Source: Geosiphon pyriformis uo1
Lineage: Eukaryota > Fungi > Glomeromycota
NCBI GenBank assembly: GCA_016748015.1
Contig: JAAOMT010000134.1
Span: forward strand, 3,429 to 67,428
DNA length: 64,000 bases
Direction of reading: 5' to 3'
Positions 38,887 through 52,338 of this stretch are shown piece after piece. The number at the start of each line of letters is the position of its first letter. Position 1 is the first letter of the stretch. The notes below the pieces were generated by a model. The model saw only the letters and a list, made by a program, of their open reading frames with translations, was not told the origin of the DNA and did not search any database. A program made the translations under genes and the position numbers.

Positions 38887-40760
38887 ATGTATAACATTTT
38901 TTTCAATTAGAATAAGTTACTTTGCTACAACCAAATCAGTATGATTTAATTAATCAAATTCAATTACAGTCTTTTGTTACAATTCTATCAATTGTATTTT
39001 AATTGATTTAATAATGCCAAACTCAGAAAACACAACATTTATAATCTCAGTTAATATCCTAATCAAAAATTTTTTTACTATTACAGCCTAATCTAAATGC
39101 ACTGCTAATTTTTTGAGATCAGTATTTATCAAGATTTTTGCATTCCTAGCCTTTTCAAACATCTGTGCCAAGCTTAATTCAAAAGTAAAAGTTGCTTTGA
39201 TAATTCCAGCAAATTTTAAAAGAGTAGATGTTTTTCCAAAATCATTGATTTTTGAAAACAATTTTTTGACTATGATAAATTTATTTTAAGAAAACTTTTT
39301 AATATTATTATTCAAGCTAATATTTAGAGCAATAACTTTTTAACAAAAACATTAACCAGATTTTTTAGAAAAAAAAAAAAGCTGACAGAACATTTAATAA
39401 GACATCATTATTATTATTACTCAAGAAATTAATTTTCTCCAAAAATATTCTCAGTGCTTTCTTGGTCTTTATTCATGAATTTTTTGGTGTTTAATTGGAA
39501 TTGTCCTTATTAAAAGCATTTTTTTTACCATTGTTACAGATAATTATTTGGGGTCTCAAATCAAATAACAAACTCATAACTTGGTGCTTGATTGATAATG
39601 TTGTTGGTAATATCTGAAGATATTGTTTATCTGAAGATTTTGTTGTGGAGTCTTTTGTATAATGGGCAGAGTTTTAATGGTTGTCTTTCCAGTAGCCTCC
39701 CAGAATTACAATTCCATCAAATTTTTTTCTCAGTATGATGGCCGGTAATCTTGGCAAAAATGCCCTTCTGGTAAGCTATCCTTAAATTCTCAATTCCTAT
39801 ACTCTTCCTTTGGGGTCTTTTACCAGGCTATCTGTAACATCAATAATTCAGCACTTAATCTTCAAGTAATTAGTAAAACAAAAGAAATAACAGAAATAAA
39901 AAAAATTTAAAAGAAATAAGCCAAGGCAATGAATATTAGTATCCCATCAATAGCTGTGATTAAGAGCTATTGTTTTAATGTAGTTAAGTATCAATTACTA
40001 TCAACATGAAGTGTTGATAGTGGAGAGTAGATTTGAAATTGTGAGAATAATTATTTATTAATATTTGTGAATTGGAAAGTTGCTTAGATTAAATCTAAAC
40101 CGAGAAATCTCTAACTAAAAAGATTCTGTCCCTTTCTGCTTTTAATATTACTGCTATATATACATAATTAAGATTCCTCAATTTCTCAATTCTTTATACC
40201 AGAAATCCTGGAATTTCTGGAATTCTGCAATTTTTTTTAAGAGAAATTCTGGAATTCTGAAATCCTGTAATTCCTTGTACGAGAATTCTGAAATTTCTAA
40301 AATCTTGCGATTTCTCTTAAAAGGAATTCTGGAATTTCATATTTACTATAGTTACTTTTGATTGACTAATTCATATGCTAATATACTTCCTATATTCTAT
40401 GAGTAACACCATAATTAACATTGATTTCTTTTACTAAACACTTTTTTTTTATGTTAATACTATTAAATTTAGTAATATTACCAGTTTTAAAGTCTTAAAA
40501 ATAACTACTCAAAGTTTTAACAGAAATTATCTTGTCACTAATACTGTTTTTCAAAGTACCACTTTTTTTTTTTAAAAAAAAAACTTGTTTGTTATTACTG
40601 CCAAAACCAAAATTCTTAATAAATTTCTTTATAATAACAACATTAGAACCAATAATAGTCTTATAATTAAGCAAAAAAAGTTTGAATTTATTATACTGAA
40701 TAATTAAAAACTTTTTTTCAATAAATATATTCTTTGGTAGGTTTTTGGATATAAGAGAAA
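38887..40760 (-). pseudogene. LINE L1a ORF1 N-terminal half, interrupted by the solo LTR
   Basis: Degenerate but collinear with L2 ORF1 (FGKTSTLLKFAGIIKATF). Confidence 0.65.
39532..40408 (-). mobile_element. Solo LTR, family B-like
   Basis: TGTTACAG...GAGTAACA; TSD CCAT at 39528-39531 and 40409-40412. Confidence 0.9.
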
Positions 40761-40769
40761 AAAAGTGTA

Positions 40770-41350
40770 TTTTTAATAATTTTATAATATTAATTAATTA
40801 TAATACTTAATTTTGTATTTTAAAAACATTATTGGTTTTGGTAATATTTAAAATTATTAAAAAATTTTGTTTTTTTAATAATATTTATATTGTTAAAAAT
40901 AATTTAAAATTTAATATTTATATATAATTTTAAAATTTTGACCTAATTTTATTATTGTAATATATTTTTAATGTTTTAAAAAATGCTGTAAATTTATATT
41001 TAAATTTAAATATTTTAATTCTTAATTTTTAATAAATATTAAAGTGTTTTTATTTTTAAATTTTTAAAAAATTCATTTTTTTAAATAATTACAATATTAC
41101 TTATTTTGAATTATAATAATATATTTATAATAAGTAATTAAGTAACTGTAAACAAATTAATTTAAACAAAAATATTATTTTGTTAATAGTATTTGATTAA
41201 AAAATTTATTTTTTTAAATTAAATTTATTTAAATATATAAAATTATATATAAAATTATAATTTTTTTATATATATATTTATAATTACAATTAAAACAATT
41301 GATAATATTTTTATTAATAAAATATTTACAATTATAAAAACTACTTAATA
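40770..41350. other. Extremely AT-rich low-complexity tract
   Basis: Nearly free of G/C; 41221-41280 has none. Confidence 0.8.
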
Positions 41351-44300
41351 ATATTTTATTATTTTTTATTATTATGTGATTTACAAATGAAGTCTAATTG
41401 TTATTTAGTACATAAAACCAAACTAAATAGAACACACTAAATACAGCTTATGCATTTATTATATGTGGTCAGTCATTTAGGCCAAACAAAGCAATACTAT
41501 GTACTTATACTAATAAAAGTATTATCATTTAAACCAGAAAAAAAATGACATATTCTGCATCTACCAAAATTAACAACAAAAGATTCCAAGATACCAAGCA
41601 TATGAATCATTCTATCTGAAAATATAGATACCAAACATTGAAACAAATCTAAAACCACACCATTATTTTTGATCAAACCAGCTTTTTCTATATATGTTTT
41701 GTGCTTGGATCTAATAAGCCATATCTTAGTGCAAAACAATTTGACCACAAACCTAACATAATTAACAAGAACCAAAGCAGCCCTTTCTTTTCTCTCAAAA
41801 ACCAAAGTAGTTTCAGCATATCAATTCTTTAACACAAAACTCTTACAGATAGCAATATACAGATCTATATTTAAAAAACACATTAAAAATAAATGCAAAA
41901 TAACTGATACAGGTGAACAAAAAAAACTCACCAATGACACTCATTTTTTAGCAGCTTTAGCCAAAATGTTTTTACAGAGCCCAATGTCACCAGAACAAAC
42001 AAAAACATGATCAGACAACTCCATCTTATCATACAGCAAGCATAGCACCCCAAGATAATTCTTGTTATACAATTTTTTCCTAACTGCTACTGGCAACTGT
42101 TTATGTACTGCTTTCATCAAATAAGTGTGTATATTGGCTGAGCTTTTGCTAGTAAATTCAGAGAGCATGTGTAAATTAAGATGTCACAACTTAACAGTAG
42201 TAGTTCAATCTATCTTCTTAATTATGGCACCTAAAACAACATCATAACCAGAACCAGCTTTCCAATAAGCATGGCAAACTGACTAATACAGATTATGAAC
42301 AAAATAATAAATATTATCAGATATGGCAGTATTTTCAGCAACCAAAAATTGTTCTCAAATCTCAACTGGTAAAGAAAGTAAGAAGAAGACAGCTTTTTTC
42401 ATCAGCTTATCAGTTTTAATATTGCCTGAAATCTCTGAATGTCTCTTAACCTTTATTTATTTAACCAAAATGTCTTTATTCCTAATAAGATCAACAATAT
42501 GTGATCTTTTGATCCAGCATTGATTGTGGAAGTCAAACACAATAAATGAAGTTTCTGACATACAAACACCAATAGCAAATTGACTGTTTGAATACAAAAC
42601 CACAGCACAAGAAGACAAAACACATTCTAAAGCCAAAACAATAGCTTGTAATTCAGTCAAAATAGAAAACAGAAGCCCATATACTCTAACTCTAACACTC
42701 ATGTTAATAGCTAGAAAATAAGCAGCCATATTATTTACAACCTTAGCAGAACCAGCACTTTTTAAGGACCCATTTGTGTAAACCTTAATACTATTAGACC
42801 AAACCTCTATCAGACTATCACGAATACCAGAGAATATTTCAGAATCCAAAACACTCAACACTGGCAGCCTAAGAGAATCAGCAGACTTGATTCTCAAAGA
42901 AACTTGCTTGTTCATAAACTCAGCTGCCAGAGTAAATCAGTAAGGTATAAGATCTCTCGGATCTAACTTCTTCTATCATTGAAACATTTTCCAGTCTATT
43001 ATCTTTCCCTTTTTGCTCAAAAGCCTATCACCAAAAGCAATACCAAATTGTTTCAAAAAAAAAACAAAATCATAATACAAGAAATGTTTTAAGATATCAG
43101 ACATTAAAAATTTGCCAGACCCATAAAAAGTACTGGACAAATTATTCATCAAAAACAGCTTATTCTCAAAAATATTTTCATCACACCAGCCAAAAAATTA
43201 TTCACTGGACTAATTTGCAACTTGACAGAATGCTGTAAAAGATTCAAAAGAGACCACTCCAAAACTTGTAAATCCAAAAATTTATGTTTAAATAAATGTC
43301 CAAAAATGCTGTTGTTATGAGCAAACTTGGTAGTATATAGTAATAATGTTTGGCACTCAAAATTTGGGTTTCTAGAGAGCTTTTAAGAGTTTTTTTTTGG
43401 TAGGCTGGTTTGTTGTGTCAGTGTTATCAATCTCTGAAGATTTTTTGAATTGTTATGAATTTACTTATGAAGTTCTTTAGTTATAAAGCACAGAGATTTG
43501 GCTTTTGCTAATTACAACTTTTTATAAATGTGAACTATCTTTTCTAAGCTAACAAGTGCAGTCATTAGGGTCTGATATTGTCTTTTTGCCTTTCTGGTAA
43601 GCTACTAAAATAATGTTAATATCCAAAACTTAGGAGAAGCTTTTTTTTTTTACCAGGCTATTACCAAGTTTATTTTCAAACAGTCAATTTTATTATGTTG
43701 CTACTTCACAAGAGAAAATAAAAAAAATAAAAGAAAATAAAGAAATAAAGAATATAAAAATAAGAAATAAGTGTTTTGTTAATAGCCATAATTAAAAACT
43801 ATTGTGCCAACAGGTTAAGTAGTAAATAATAACATAGATTTAAAGAATTAAAAAGATATTTTATTGATATAATTCTATTTCAGTTAATAGCAACTATTCT
43901 TGAAAGGAAAAGTATTTAATAATTATGACCTGTGAGTTTAATTAACTTTAAAAGTCTAATTTTTTTGGATGTTTTTCTAACTTCTATAGCTACTTGTTTT
44001 TATACATTCTTTTGGTTTTATAGAATTGCTTTCTAACTGTTTCATTATTGTTAACTATTGCTTTACCATTTCTGTAATTGCTTCATTTTTCTATATTATT
44101 ACTAGTTATTTTATGTTATAATATATTATCTGGTATAATTACATGTTATTACATATTATTCTGTATTATTTTATATTATAATGTATTATTCTATGTTATC
44201 CTAATTTATAATATGTTATTTAACACTATTGCATGTTATTCTGTGTTATGTCACATTTTTTCATAACTTTGGATTGGTTTTTCTACTCAGGTAATATTAT

Positions 44301-44399
44301 CCCTCTCTTTTAGAATTGAACTCTTGCAAAATCATAAATTTTTTTTTGTATCAATGTTGTTGCTGTAATTTCTATTGTTATTTTTAAATCTAATTTTAT

Positions 44400-44707
44400 A
44401 CATGACTGAAATTTTTTAACTATAGTGGTCTGTTCAGAATATTCAAGTTTAAATCTTGCATCTGTATGTTCTCATTATTATCATTAAATTAAGTTAATTT
44501 CTGCTCTATTGTAAGATTTAGAAGCATAATATATTGTTTGGTGTTTGAAACAGAGTTTGAATTGTTGTTAGTAGAATTTAAATTGTCATCATCATTAACA
44601 GAGTTTGAATTATTGTTATCATTAGTGGAGTTTAAATCAGGATTAAGTTCCAATTCCAATTCCCATTTGTTTTTACTAATTGGCTCTTCTTTGAATATAT
44701 AACACAT
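44400..44707 (-). pseudogene. Relic of pol spacer and dUTPase N-terminus in C
   Basis: EEPIS...NSNS...KQYIMLLNLTIEQKL matches B EKPIS...EQYIALLDLSKEQEL; HTDARFKLEYSE resembles NTDAEFDLRYPE. Confidence 0.65.
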
Positions 44708-44789
44708 GAAAGTGAATTGTGACTACATCTCAATATTCTGACTCAAAGCTGTTAGATGAGTTTTGCTGATTTATTGGTACTGTGAGAAT

Positions 44790-45700
44790 TAGGTTTTATT
44801 GGTAAATTTTCTTGTATGATAGCAGGATTTGGAATTTATTAGACTTTGAATGTTTGGGTTTTTGAATAATTTCTGGAGTTTAAATTGCTAAAGGTTAATA
44901 AGTTTTATTGATGGTAAGTTTTTTTGTATGATAGTGAGGTTGGAATTATCAGGTTTCAAATGTTTGGGTTTTTGAACAATTGAGTCTTGAATAATTGAAG
45001 TTTTAATGAGTTTTAATGAATTTATCAAAGGTAAGTTTCGAATATTTAGAGTTTTAATAATTGGGTTTTAAATGATCAGAGTTTTAATTTAATAAGTTTT
45101 AATGAGTTTATTAATAGTAATTTTTGAATATTTGGGGTTTTAATAATCAGATCGGAGTTTAATGAGTTTTTGACAAATTTATTAAAGGTAAGTTTTAAAT
45201 GTTTAGGGTTTTAATGATCAGGTTTTGAATAATTGGAGTTTTTAATTTAACAAGTTTTAACGAATTTATTAATGATAATTTTTGAATGTTTGGAGTTTTA
45301 ATGATTGGGTTTTGAATAATTAAAGTTTTAATTTAATAAATTTTTAACAAATTTATCAAAGGTAAGTTTTGAATATTCAGAGTTTTAATGATCAAATTTT
45401 GAATAATCAGAGTTTTTAATTTAATAAGTTTTAACAAATTTATCAACAGTAATTTTTGAATGTTCAGAGTTTTAATGATCAGGTCTTGAATAATCGAAGT
45501 TTTAATTTAATGAGTTTTTAACAAATTTATTAAAAGTAAGTTTCAAATGTTTGGAGTTTTAATGATCAGATTTTGAATAATTGGAGTTTTTAATTTAACA
45601 AGTTTTAATGAATTTATCAATAGTAATTTTCGAATGTTTGGGGTTTTAATAATTAGGTTTTGAATAATCAGTATTTTAATTTAACAAGTTTTTCAAAGGA
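44790..45700. repeat. 87-bp tandem repeat (~10 copies) with 174-bp higher-order dimer
   Basis: Unit starts at 45187, 45274, 45361, 45448, 45535 and 45622; alternating aaaggtaag / aayagtaat variants. Confidence 0.85.
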
Positions 45701-48700
45701 AATGCTAAAATAAAGATTTTGTGAATTCTAAGTGATTTTTCTCTTGTTTTCTCTTGGTCTGTCTCTTTTGTGAATTTCTGGAGTGCTCTGTCTCTGTGGA
45801 TTTTATAACCTCACAGAGAGCACCAAATATTATGGATAAACTTGGTGGTATATGATGGTAATATTTGGTGCTCAAAATTTGGATTTCTAGTAAGCTTTTG
45901 AGAGTTTTTTTCAGTAAACTGGTTCATTGTGTCAGTGTTATTAGTCTCTAAAGGTTTTTTGGATTGTTATGAATTTACTTGTGGAGTTTTTTGGTTATAA
46001 AATACAGAGGTTTGGTTTTTACTAATTGCAACTTTTTATAAATGTGAGCTATCTTTTCTGAGCTAATGAGCACAGTTATTAGGGTCTGATATTGTTTTTT
46101 TGCTCTTCTGGTAAACTATTAAAATAATGTTAATATTCAAAACTTAGGAGGAGCTTTCCTCTTTTACCAGGCTATTACGAAGTCTATTCTCAGATAGTCA
46201 ATTTTATTATGTTGTCATTCTACAAGAAAAAATAAAGAAAATAAAAGAAAATAAAAGAAAATAAAGAAATAAAGAAAATAAAAATAAGAAATAAGTGTTT
46301 TGTCAATAGCTGTGATTAAGAGCTATTGTGTTAGCAGATTAAATAATAGATAATAACATGGATTTAAAAAATTGAAGAGATATTTTATTGATATAATTTT
46401 ATTTGAAAAGAAGAGTATTTAATAATTATGATTTGTAAGTCTAATTAACTTTGAAAGTCTAATTTTTTCTGGATGTCTTTCTAATTTCTATAGCTACTTG
46501 TTTTTATACATTTTTTTGGTTTTACAAGATTGCTTTCTGACTATTCTGTTATTGCTAACTATTGCTTTGCTATTTCTGTAATTGCTTTATTTTTCTATAT
46601 TATTACTAATTATCCTATGTTATAATATGTTATCTGGTATTATAACATGTTATTTTGTGTTATTTTATATTATAACACGTTATTCTGCATTATCCTAAAT
46701 TATAATGTGTTATTTAATATTATTGCACATTATTCTGTGTTATGTCACATTTTGGTCACGTTTTTTTATAACTTTGAATTGGTTTTTTTTACTCAGATAA
46801 CACCATAAGCATTGAAGAAAGAAACCAGTAAAGCTAACTTCCTTTTAGATTGCATTTGCTTGAAAGATTTCAAACCATACAAAAAAGAGTAATGTAAAGT
46901 CTTATTGGGAAAATTATGTGGCAAATTAGTCTTAAATCTAAGACTTTTTCTGATTATAACATTCCACTTGCAATATAAATTTGATGAAATAAAACCAAAT
47001 TGCATCTGATAACTAACTATGGGCTGGAAAACTGCTGAGATCAAATAAGAAAATTGTTTATTTGTAATAGTTTTTTTAAGCACCACATTTGAGAAAAACC
47101 TAACATCTGCATAAATCTGGACCAAACTAGGCTTAGAGAAACTCTCTGTAGACAAAAAGCTGTCTAAGTATCTGTGTAATTTACTCTATTTAACAATCAA
47201 AATCAGTAAACTATTAAGCAAAAATAAGACAGTTTTAACTCCTTGATTAATCGGAATAGCCACTGTTTTATTATTATTGATAGAAATATTATTGATAACA
47301 AAAAACTCATTAATAATATTTAAAATATATTGTGTAGAAGTCTGATAGCATCTGACCCAAATAGTATTATCAACAAAGGCATCAGCAGCCAAAAAAAAAT
47401 TCTTCCCCCTAACAGTCTTAACTCTGCCAGTTTTTGCCACAAATTTTGTATTAATATGGTAGCCATACAAATATTCATGTCTCTTAACTTTACACAAAAG
47501 TGGATCATAGAATATCTATCAAAGAAATGGGAAAAAAACTTTATCTTAATCCAAACTATTATAGATCCTATAACTATTTAAGAGGCCAAAATCTGTTATT
47601 ATTCTGTTGATTCGATTTTTATGAATGCTGCCAAAAAACTTGATAAATTGACTGCACATTTTAATGTGATATAAACTAGTCTTTAAATGATGCCAGTTTA
47701 CTGAATCATAAGCTTTATACATGTTTTGCAACACCAACCAAAGTTCTTTATTCTTTTTCAAAGTGTTTTCAACAATTGAACCAACAGCAAAAATAAGAGA
47801 CTGAGTTAAGGTACTCTTTAATACCAAAAAATTATTACTGCAAAAAACATTAAATTTGCTGTAGGCTAACAATATCTAATTAGAAAAGATCTTAGACAAG
47901 ATTTTCTAGGCAGTCTCAATTAATGCAATAAGTCTAGTATTGGTTAAAACACCATTTTATTCATAGAGTTTTGGAATCATTAAAACCCATGCTCTCTTTT
48001 AAGGAATTGAAACTGCACTCAAAGACAAGCATAAATTCAATACCTTTAAGAAACAAGCCAACACCTTATTACTGCAGTGCTTCCAAAATTCATTAGATAT
48101 CTCTGATAATCCAGCAGCCTTATTATTTGACAAATTATCAACAACCAAAGACAGTTCTTTTATATTAATCTCTTTTATTACATTAAAAGAAGCATTATTA
48201 TTAACATAATTCAGAGACATATATTGACAAGACCAAAGATTGGGCATTTTTGGAAGCATTGTCTGTTTTTTTGTCCACTCTTTCATAATTTCATCTATCT
48301 TAAACTTTATCTTATTAGGCTCAACCACCAACTCATCTTCAATTACCAAGTAATCTAAAACAATCTTGCAAAATGAATATTTAAGAATAGTTTTAATTAT
48401 CTGCCTCTTGTCAGAACAGAAATTTTCCATGCATCAGTCAATTATCTTCCTAATAGCTGTGTTCTCAGATGTTTTTGACTCAAGATACTTAGATTTTTAA
48501 TACTTTTTTTTAATTATTGACAAATATTTGACCAGATTTATCAAGCTTATACCAATTAGAACTATATTAGCAACCTTAGATACTTTAACTTTATTAATAT
48601 TCAATCAAACTCCAATGAGACAGTCAAAATCCAGAAGATTCTTAAAATTCCAAATTTTCACAATCCTTGCAACAAGCAACTCTAATTTAAAAAATTTCAA

Positions 48701-49069
48701 AGATTGTTTGTTTCTTAAACAATTATATTCACTATATCAATGTTTAGAAAACATTATATTAGCAGTTTATATCATGATATCTTTTAGCATCATCTACATC
48801 ACATCCAAATTATCATCATTTTTTGTATCCTTAAACATGTTTGATTTTATTAACAACTCAGCAGAAAATTACTCCTTAAAACACAATCAATAAACTTTAT
48901 CTGTGTATTCTAACCTAAACTTTCACCAATCCTAATTGGCTTGTTTGTGAGCACTGTTAAGACAAGTATCCAGAAGTTCTCCTAAACTAATCACAACCAA
49001 AACTGCTTTATGATTTGTATCAAAAAACTTTAATACACTATTAATTTTATGTGATGCAATAATATTTTA

Positions 49070-49600
49070 TAGAAGTATTTTTTTAAATAAAATAGTTAAA
49101 AACCAGCTTTTTACTAAATTCAAAACACTTTTTTCAACTTTAAATAAAAAAACTTTTATTTAAAGTTTTTTTAAGTAATAATCTTAATATAATTGTTATT
49201 ATTATAAAAAGTTTTAAAATTTTTAATAGTAAATTAATAATTAAATTATTTTTTTATATTAACTTAAATAACTAAAAAAACAATTTTTTTTTATAATTGC
49301 TAATTTTTTAAGATATTTAAAAAAGTTTTTTTTCTTAGTATTTTCTAAAACATTATTTAAATTCTAAAATTTATCTTTTATATTAATCTTATTATAACTG
49401 TATTAAATAATATTTAATCTAAATTTGGTTATAAATAATAGTTTTTTTTAAATAATAATAATAATAGTAATATATTTGTTAAAATTTAATTAATTATTAA
49501 TTATATTATTTATTATATTAATTTTTAATTAATTTTTATTGATTAAAAATTAAAAAATTTATGTTTTTATATATGTTTATATCTAATTAAACAAATATTT
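49070..49600. other. Extremely AT-rich tract between L3 and L4
   Basis: Near-absence of G/C. Confidence 0.75.
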
Positions 49601-49619
49601 CTCTTGTTAATTCCCTGAC

Positions 49620-51427
49620 CATAATGAAAACAAAAGATTTTTTGGAAAAATTGCTTTTTTTTTTTCTTTGTTTTCTCAAGTCATTTTTTCTAACACACCT
49701 TTTTTTGTCATGATAAAACCAGTGGGTTTATCTGCTAATGGTTCTGGTTCAGTTTTGGCTGGGTTGGAGATCCAGTCTGATAATAAAAAAAAGCATATGT
49801 TGAGAGTATCTACTCTTATGATCTCTTATTCAAAAAAACAAAAAAACCTGAAATTTCTGATATCATAATAGATTTGTTGGCTGGTCTTTTGTCTGTTAAC
49901 ATGTTGTAAGTTACTGGTAATAATCATACTAAATCTTGGGATAGTAAAATAGACAGTAAAGAAAACAGTATTAGTAAAGTGTCGAATATAGAAAACATAA
50001 AAAACACAGTTATTGAAGAAATGAGCTATATTAATTTCAATGCTTCTGAGACAAATAACATGATAGATAACATTACTCCAAAAAAAATATGTACAAGAAC
50101 ATATATCTTGAGACAACCACTAAATCTGTTTTCTTTTGATAATTTGAGTAACAATAGTGCTGAATTAGTGCTTCCAGTACTTAAATTTGTGGGATTCAGA
50201 AAATTGTTATTGATTGAATTGCATATTAGGAATATCTGAAATTTTGACTTAAAAAAGTTTTTTGCATTAGATGTTAAACTTTCTACTGTATTTGGCAAAA
50301 CTTTTAGTAATGAGTTGTTGTTTATTAAAAAAGTTTTTTATTAAATTGATGGTTTTAGAGGAGCTTCCACTTGCTCAAAATTTCTGGAAATTATTAAATC
50401 ATTTTTTACATCAGAATTTAGTTTAAATAAGGCAAAAGAATTGGCAATCTGTAAAAAAATTCTTGTTAATAACAATCTCAAAAAGGTAAACAGTTATTCA
50501 GATCAGAAATTAACAATTAAAGAGATTCCAGTTGATCTTCTAAAGTCAACTGTAGAGTCAGTCTTTTCTAAATTTGGTAAAATTGTATCAATCAAGATGC
50601 AATTGATTGGTCTTTGGCAAAAAACCCTGGTAAAATATGAATCATCTAAGATAGCTGATTTGGTTACAGCTAGATAGTTTGTGTTCATGAAAAAGAATTC
50701 TGTTTGTGTGGCAAAAGTGATTAATAATAAACAAATGTAAGTGTTTAAAGATCAATATTGGGCTTTATTGTATACTTTATCTGTTGGTATTACTGTTCAT
50801 GATTTTACTGGTCTATTAGAATCTTATGATAGAAAAACCTGTTTTATTGGCTGCAATCTAAGTTTATATGTGCATAATAAATGTGCAATGATTTGTTTTT
50901 CTGATAAAACATTCAAGTTGACTGCTATTGGTTTTGTTTCAATTTTTAAGGATGTGAATTTGCATTGGACTGGTCTTTTTTTGGCTTACTGTGCTCAATA
51001 CAAACAATTTGGTCATGTTTATAATATTTGTTCTGTGAGTGAGAATTCTGGTATTTATGGTAAGCATGTGGTAACTATTTAAGATCAGATTTGTTTAGCC
51101 AGTATATATAAAAAAAAGCAGGCACCAATTGCTTATCTAGTGTCTTTTGGTGGTAAAACTTGGGCCCAGATTGTTGGTAGTTCTATTTTTCATATGGTGT
51201 CTTTGGTCTCTTCTAGTGTTGGTTTGTCTTTAGACATTCTATCTTTTTTGCTGGTTTCTGTGGAAATAAATAATAGGTTTGCTACTTTTAAGTACAGTCT
51301 TGTTAGTTTTGCAAAGAAAGTGAATAAGCTGGCTAAGAAGTTGGATACACTTAAACCAATGGTTTCTTAGCTTAGCTCTGGATGTCTGCCATTGGTGACT
51401 TCTTTATTACAGAATTAAGGAGCAAAT
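49620..51427 (+). mobile_element. LINE L4 5' UTR and ORF1 (ATG 49710), interrupted by D
   Basis: MIKPVGLSANGSGS; IKEIPVDL...FSKFGKIVSIKMQLIGLWQK; CAQYKQFGHVYNIC; homologous to L2 ORF1. Confidence 0.8.
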
Positions 51428-51477
51428 ACAGTATTACTCATAGAATTATAGGGAATATATATTAGCATAGTTATTAA

Positions 51478-51683
51478 CCAATCAGAAGTAAACATAGTAA
51501 ATATGGAATTTCAGGATTCTTCTTAGGAATTACAGGATTCTAGGAATTACAGGATTCTCATGAGGAATCACAGGATTCCAGAATTCCAGGATTCTTTTTA
51601 AAGGAATTGCAGGATTCCAAGAATACCAGGATTCTTGTTGTGAAGAATTGAGGAATTGAGAAATCTCAATTATGTATATATAA
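51478..51683 (+). promoter_or_regulatory. Family B U3 promoter: CCAAT, GGAATT/GGATTC tandem array, TATATATAA
   Basis: CCAAT 51478-51482; array ~51505-51665; TATA 51675-51683; same layout in the other B-type LTRs. Confidence 0.6.
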
Positions 51684-52338
51684 CAGTAGTATGAGAAGCT
51701 GAAAAAACAGATCTTCCAGTTTAGATTTCATCTAGACAACCTTCTAAACACAATAAATAACTATTTGGTATCTCAAACCTAATTCCATTATCAACACTTT
51801 ATGTTAATAGTAATTGATACTTAAACACACTGGAACAATAGCTCTTGATCATGGCTATTAATGGGATACTAACTTGTAAAACCGCCTTGGCTTATTCATT
51901 ATTTTTTTTTATTTCTTTTTTTTATTTTTATTTTTTATTTTATTGTTATGCACTAATTGGTTGAATAAAGCACTAGATTACTGACATCAAAAATTGCCTG
52001 GTAAAAAACCCCTGCGAGAGGGTAGAACACGTACAAAAGATACAGAATACTTACTAAAAGATTGCTGGCTATTATGCCAAGAGAAGAATTGACAGAATTG
52101 CAATTCTGAGAAGCTATGGATAAAACAACTATTGAATCTCTGTCTATTATACAAAAAACTCAAACCAAAACTTTCAGATACAAAACCTTCAGATTATTAA
52201 CATCAACACGAATAACTTTTAGCACCAAGTTATAGATTTGTTATTTGATTAGAGACCCCAAATAATTACCTGTAATATTTGGTGCTCTTTGTGAAGTATA
52301 ATCTTACAGAGAACCAGCACCAACAACCCCATCCAAAA

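Larger units (their letters stand above)
43313..46802 (-). mobile_element. Non-autonomous LTR element C (LARD/TRIM-like)
   Basis: LTRs 43313-44296 and 45828-46802; PBS TGGTGCTCTCTGTGAGG (45809-45825); PPT AAAAGAGAGGGATAA (44297-44311); TSD CTGT/CCAT, both derivable from CCGT; no RT or IN. Confidence 0.88.
41355..49070 (-). mobile_element. Decayed LINE L3 (ORF2 linker, RT, RNase H, zinc finger, 3' tail), split by element C
   Basis: NNKAAGLSEISNE, ADAFVDNT, YTNGSL, CLLYDKMELSDHVFVC; frame rejoins as NAYG|IFGHLF across C; TTA-rich tail ~41355. Confidence 0.8.

Noticed and set aside
44790-45700. Possible CRISPR array
   Set aside because: Whole units repeat with no unique spacers; no cas genes; eukaryotic TE context
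51868-51874. TACTAAC branch point plus pyrimidine tract suggesting an LTR intron
   Set aside because: No conserved donor or acceptor identified by eye; needs RNA data
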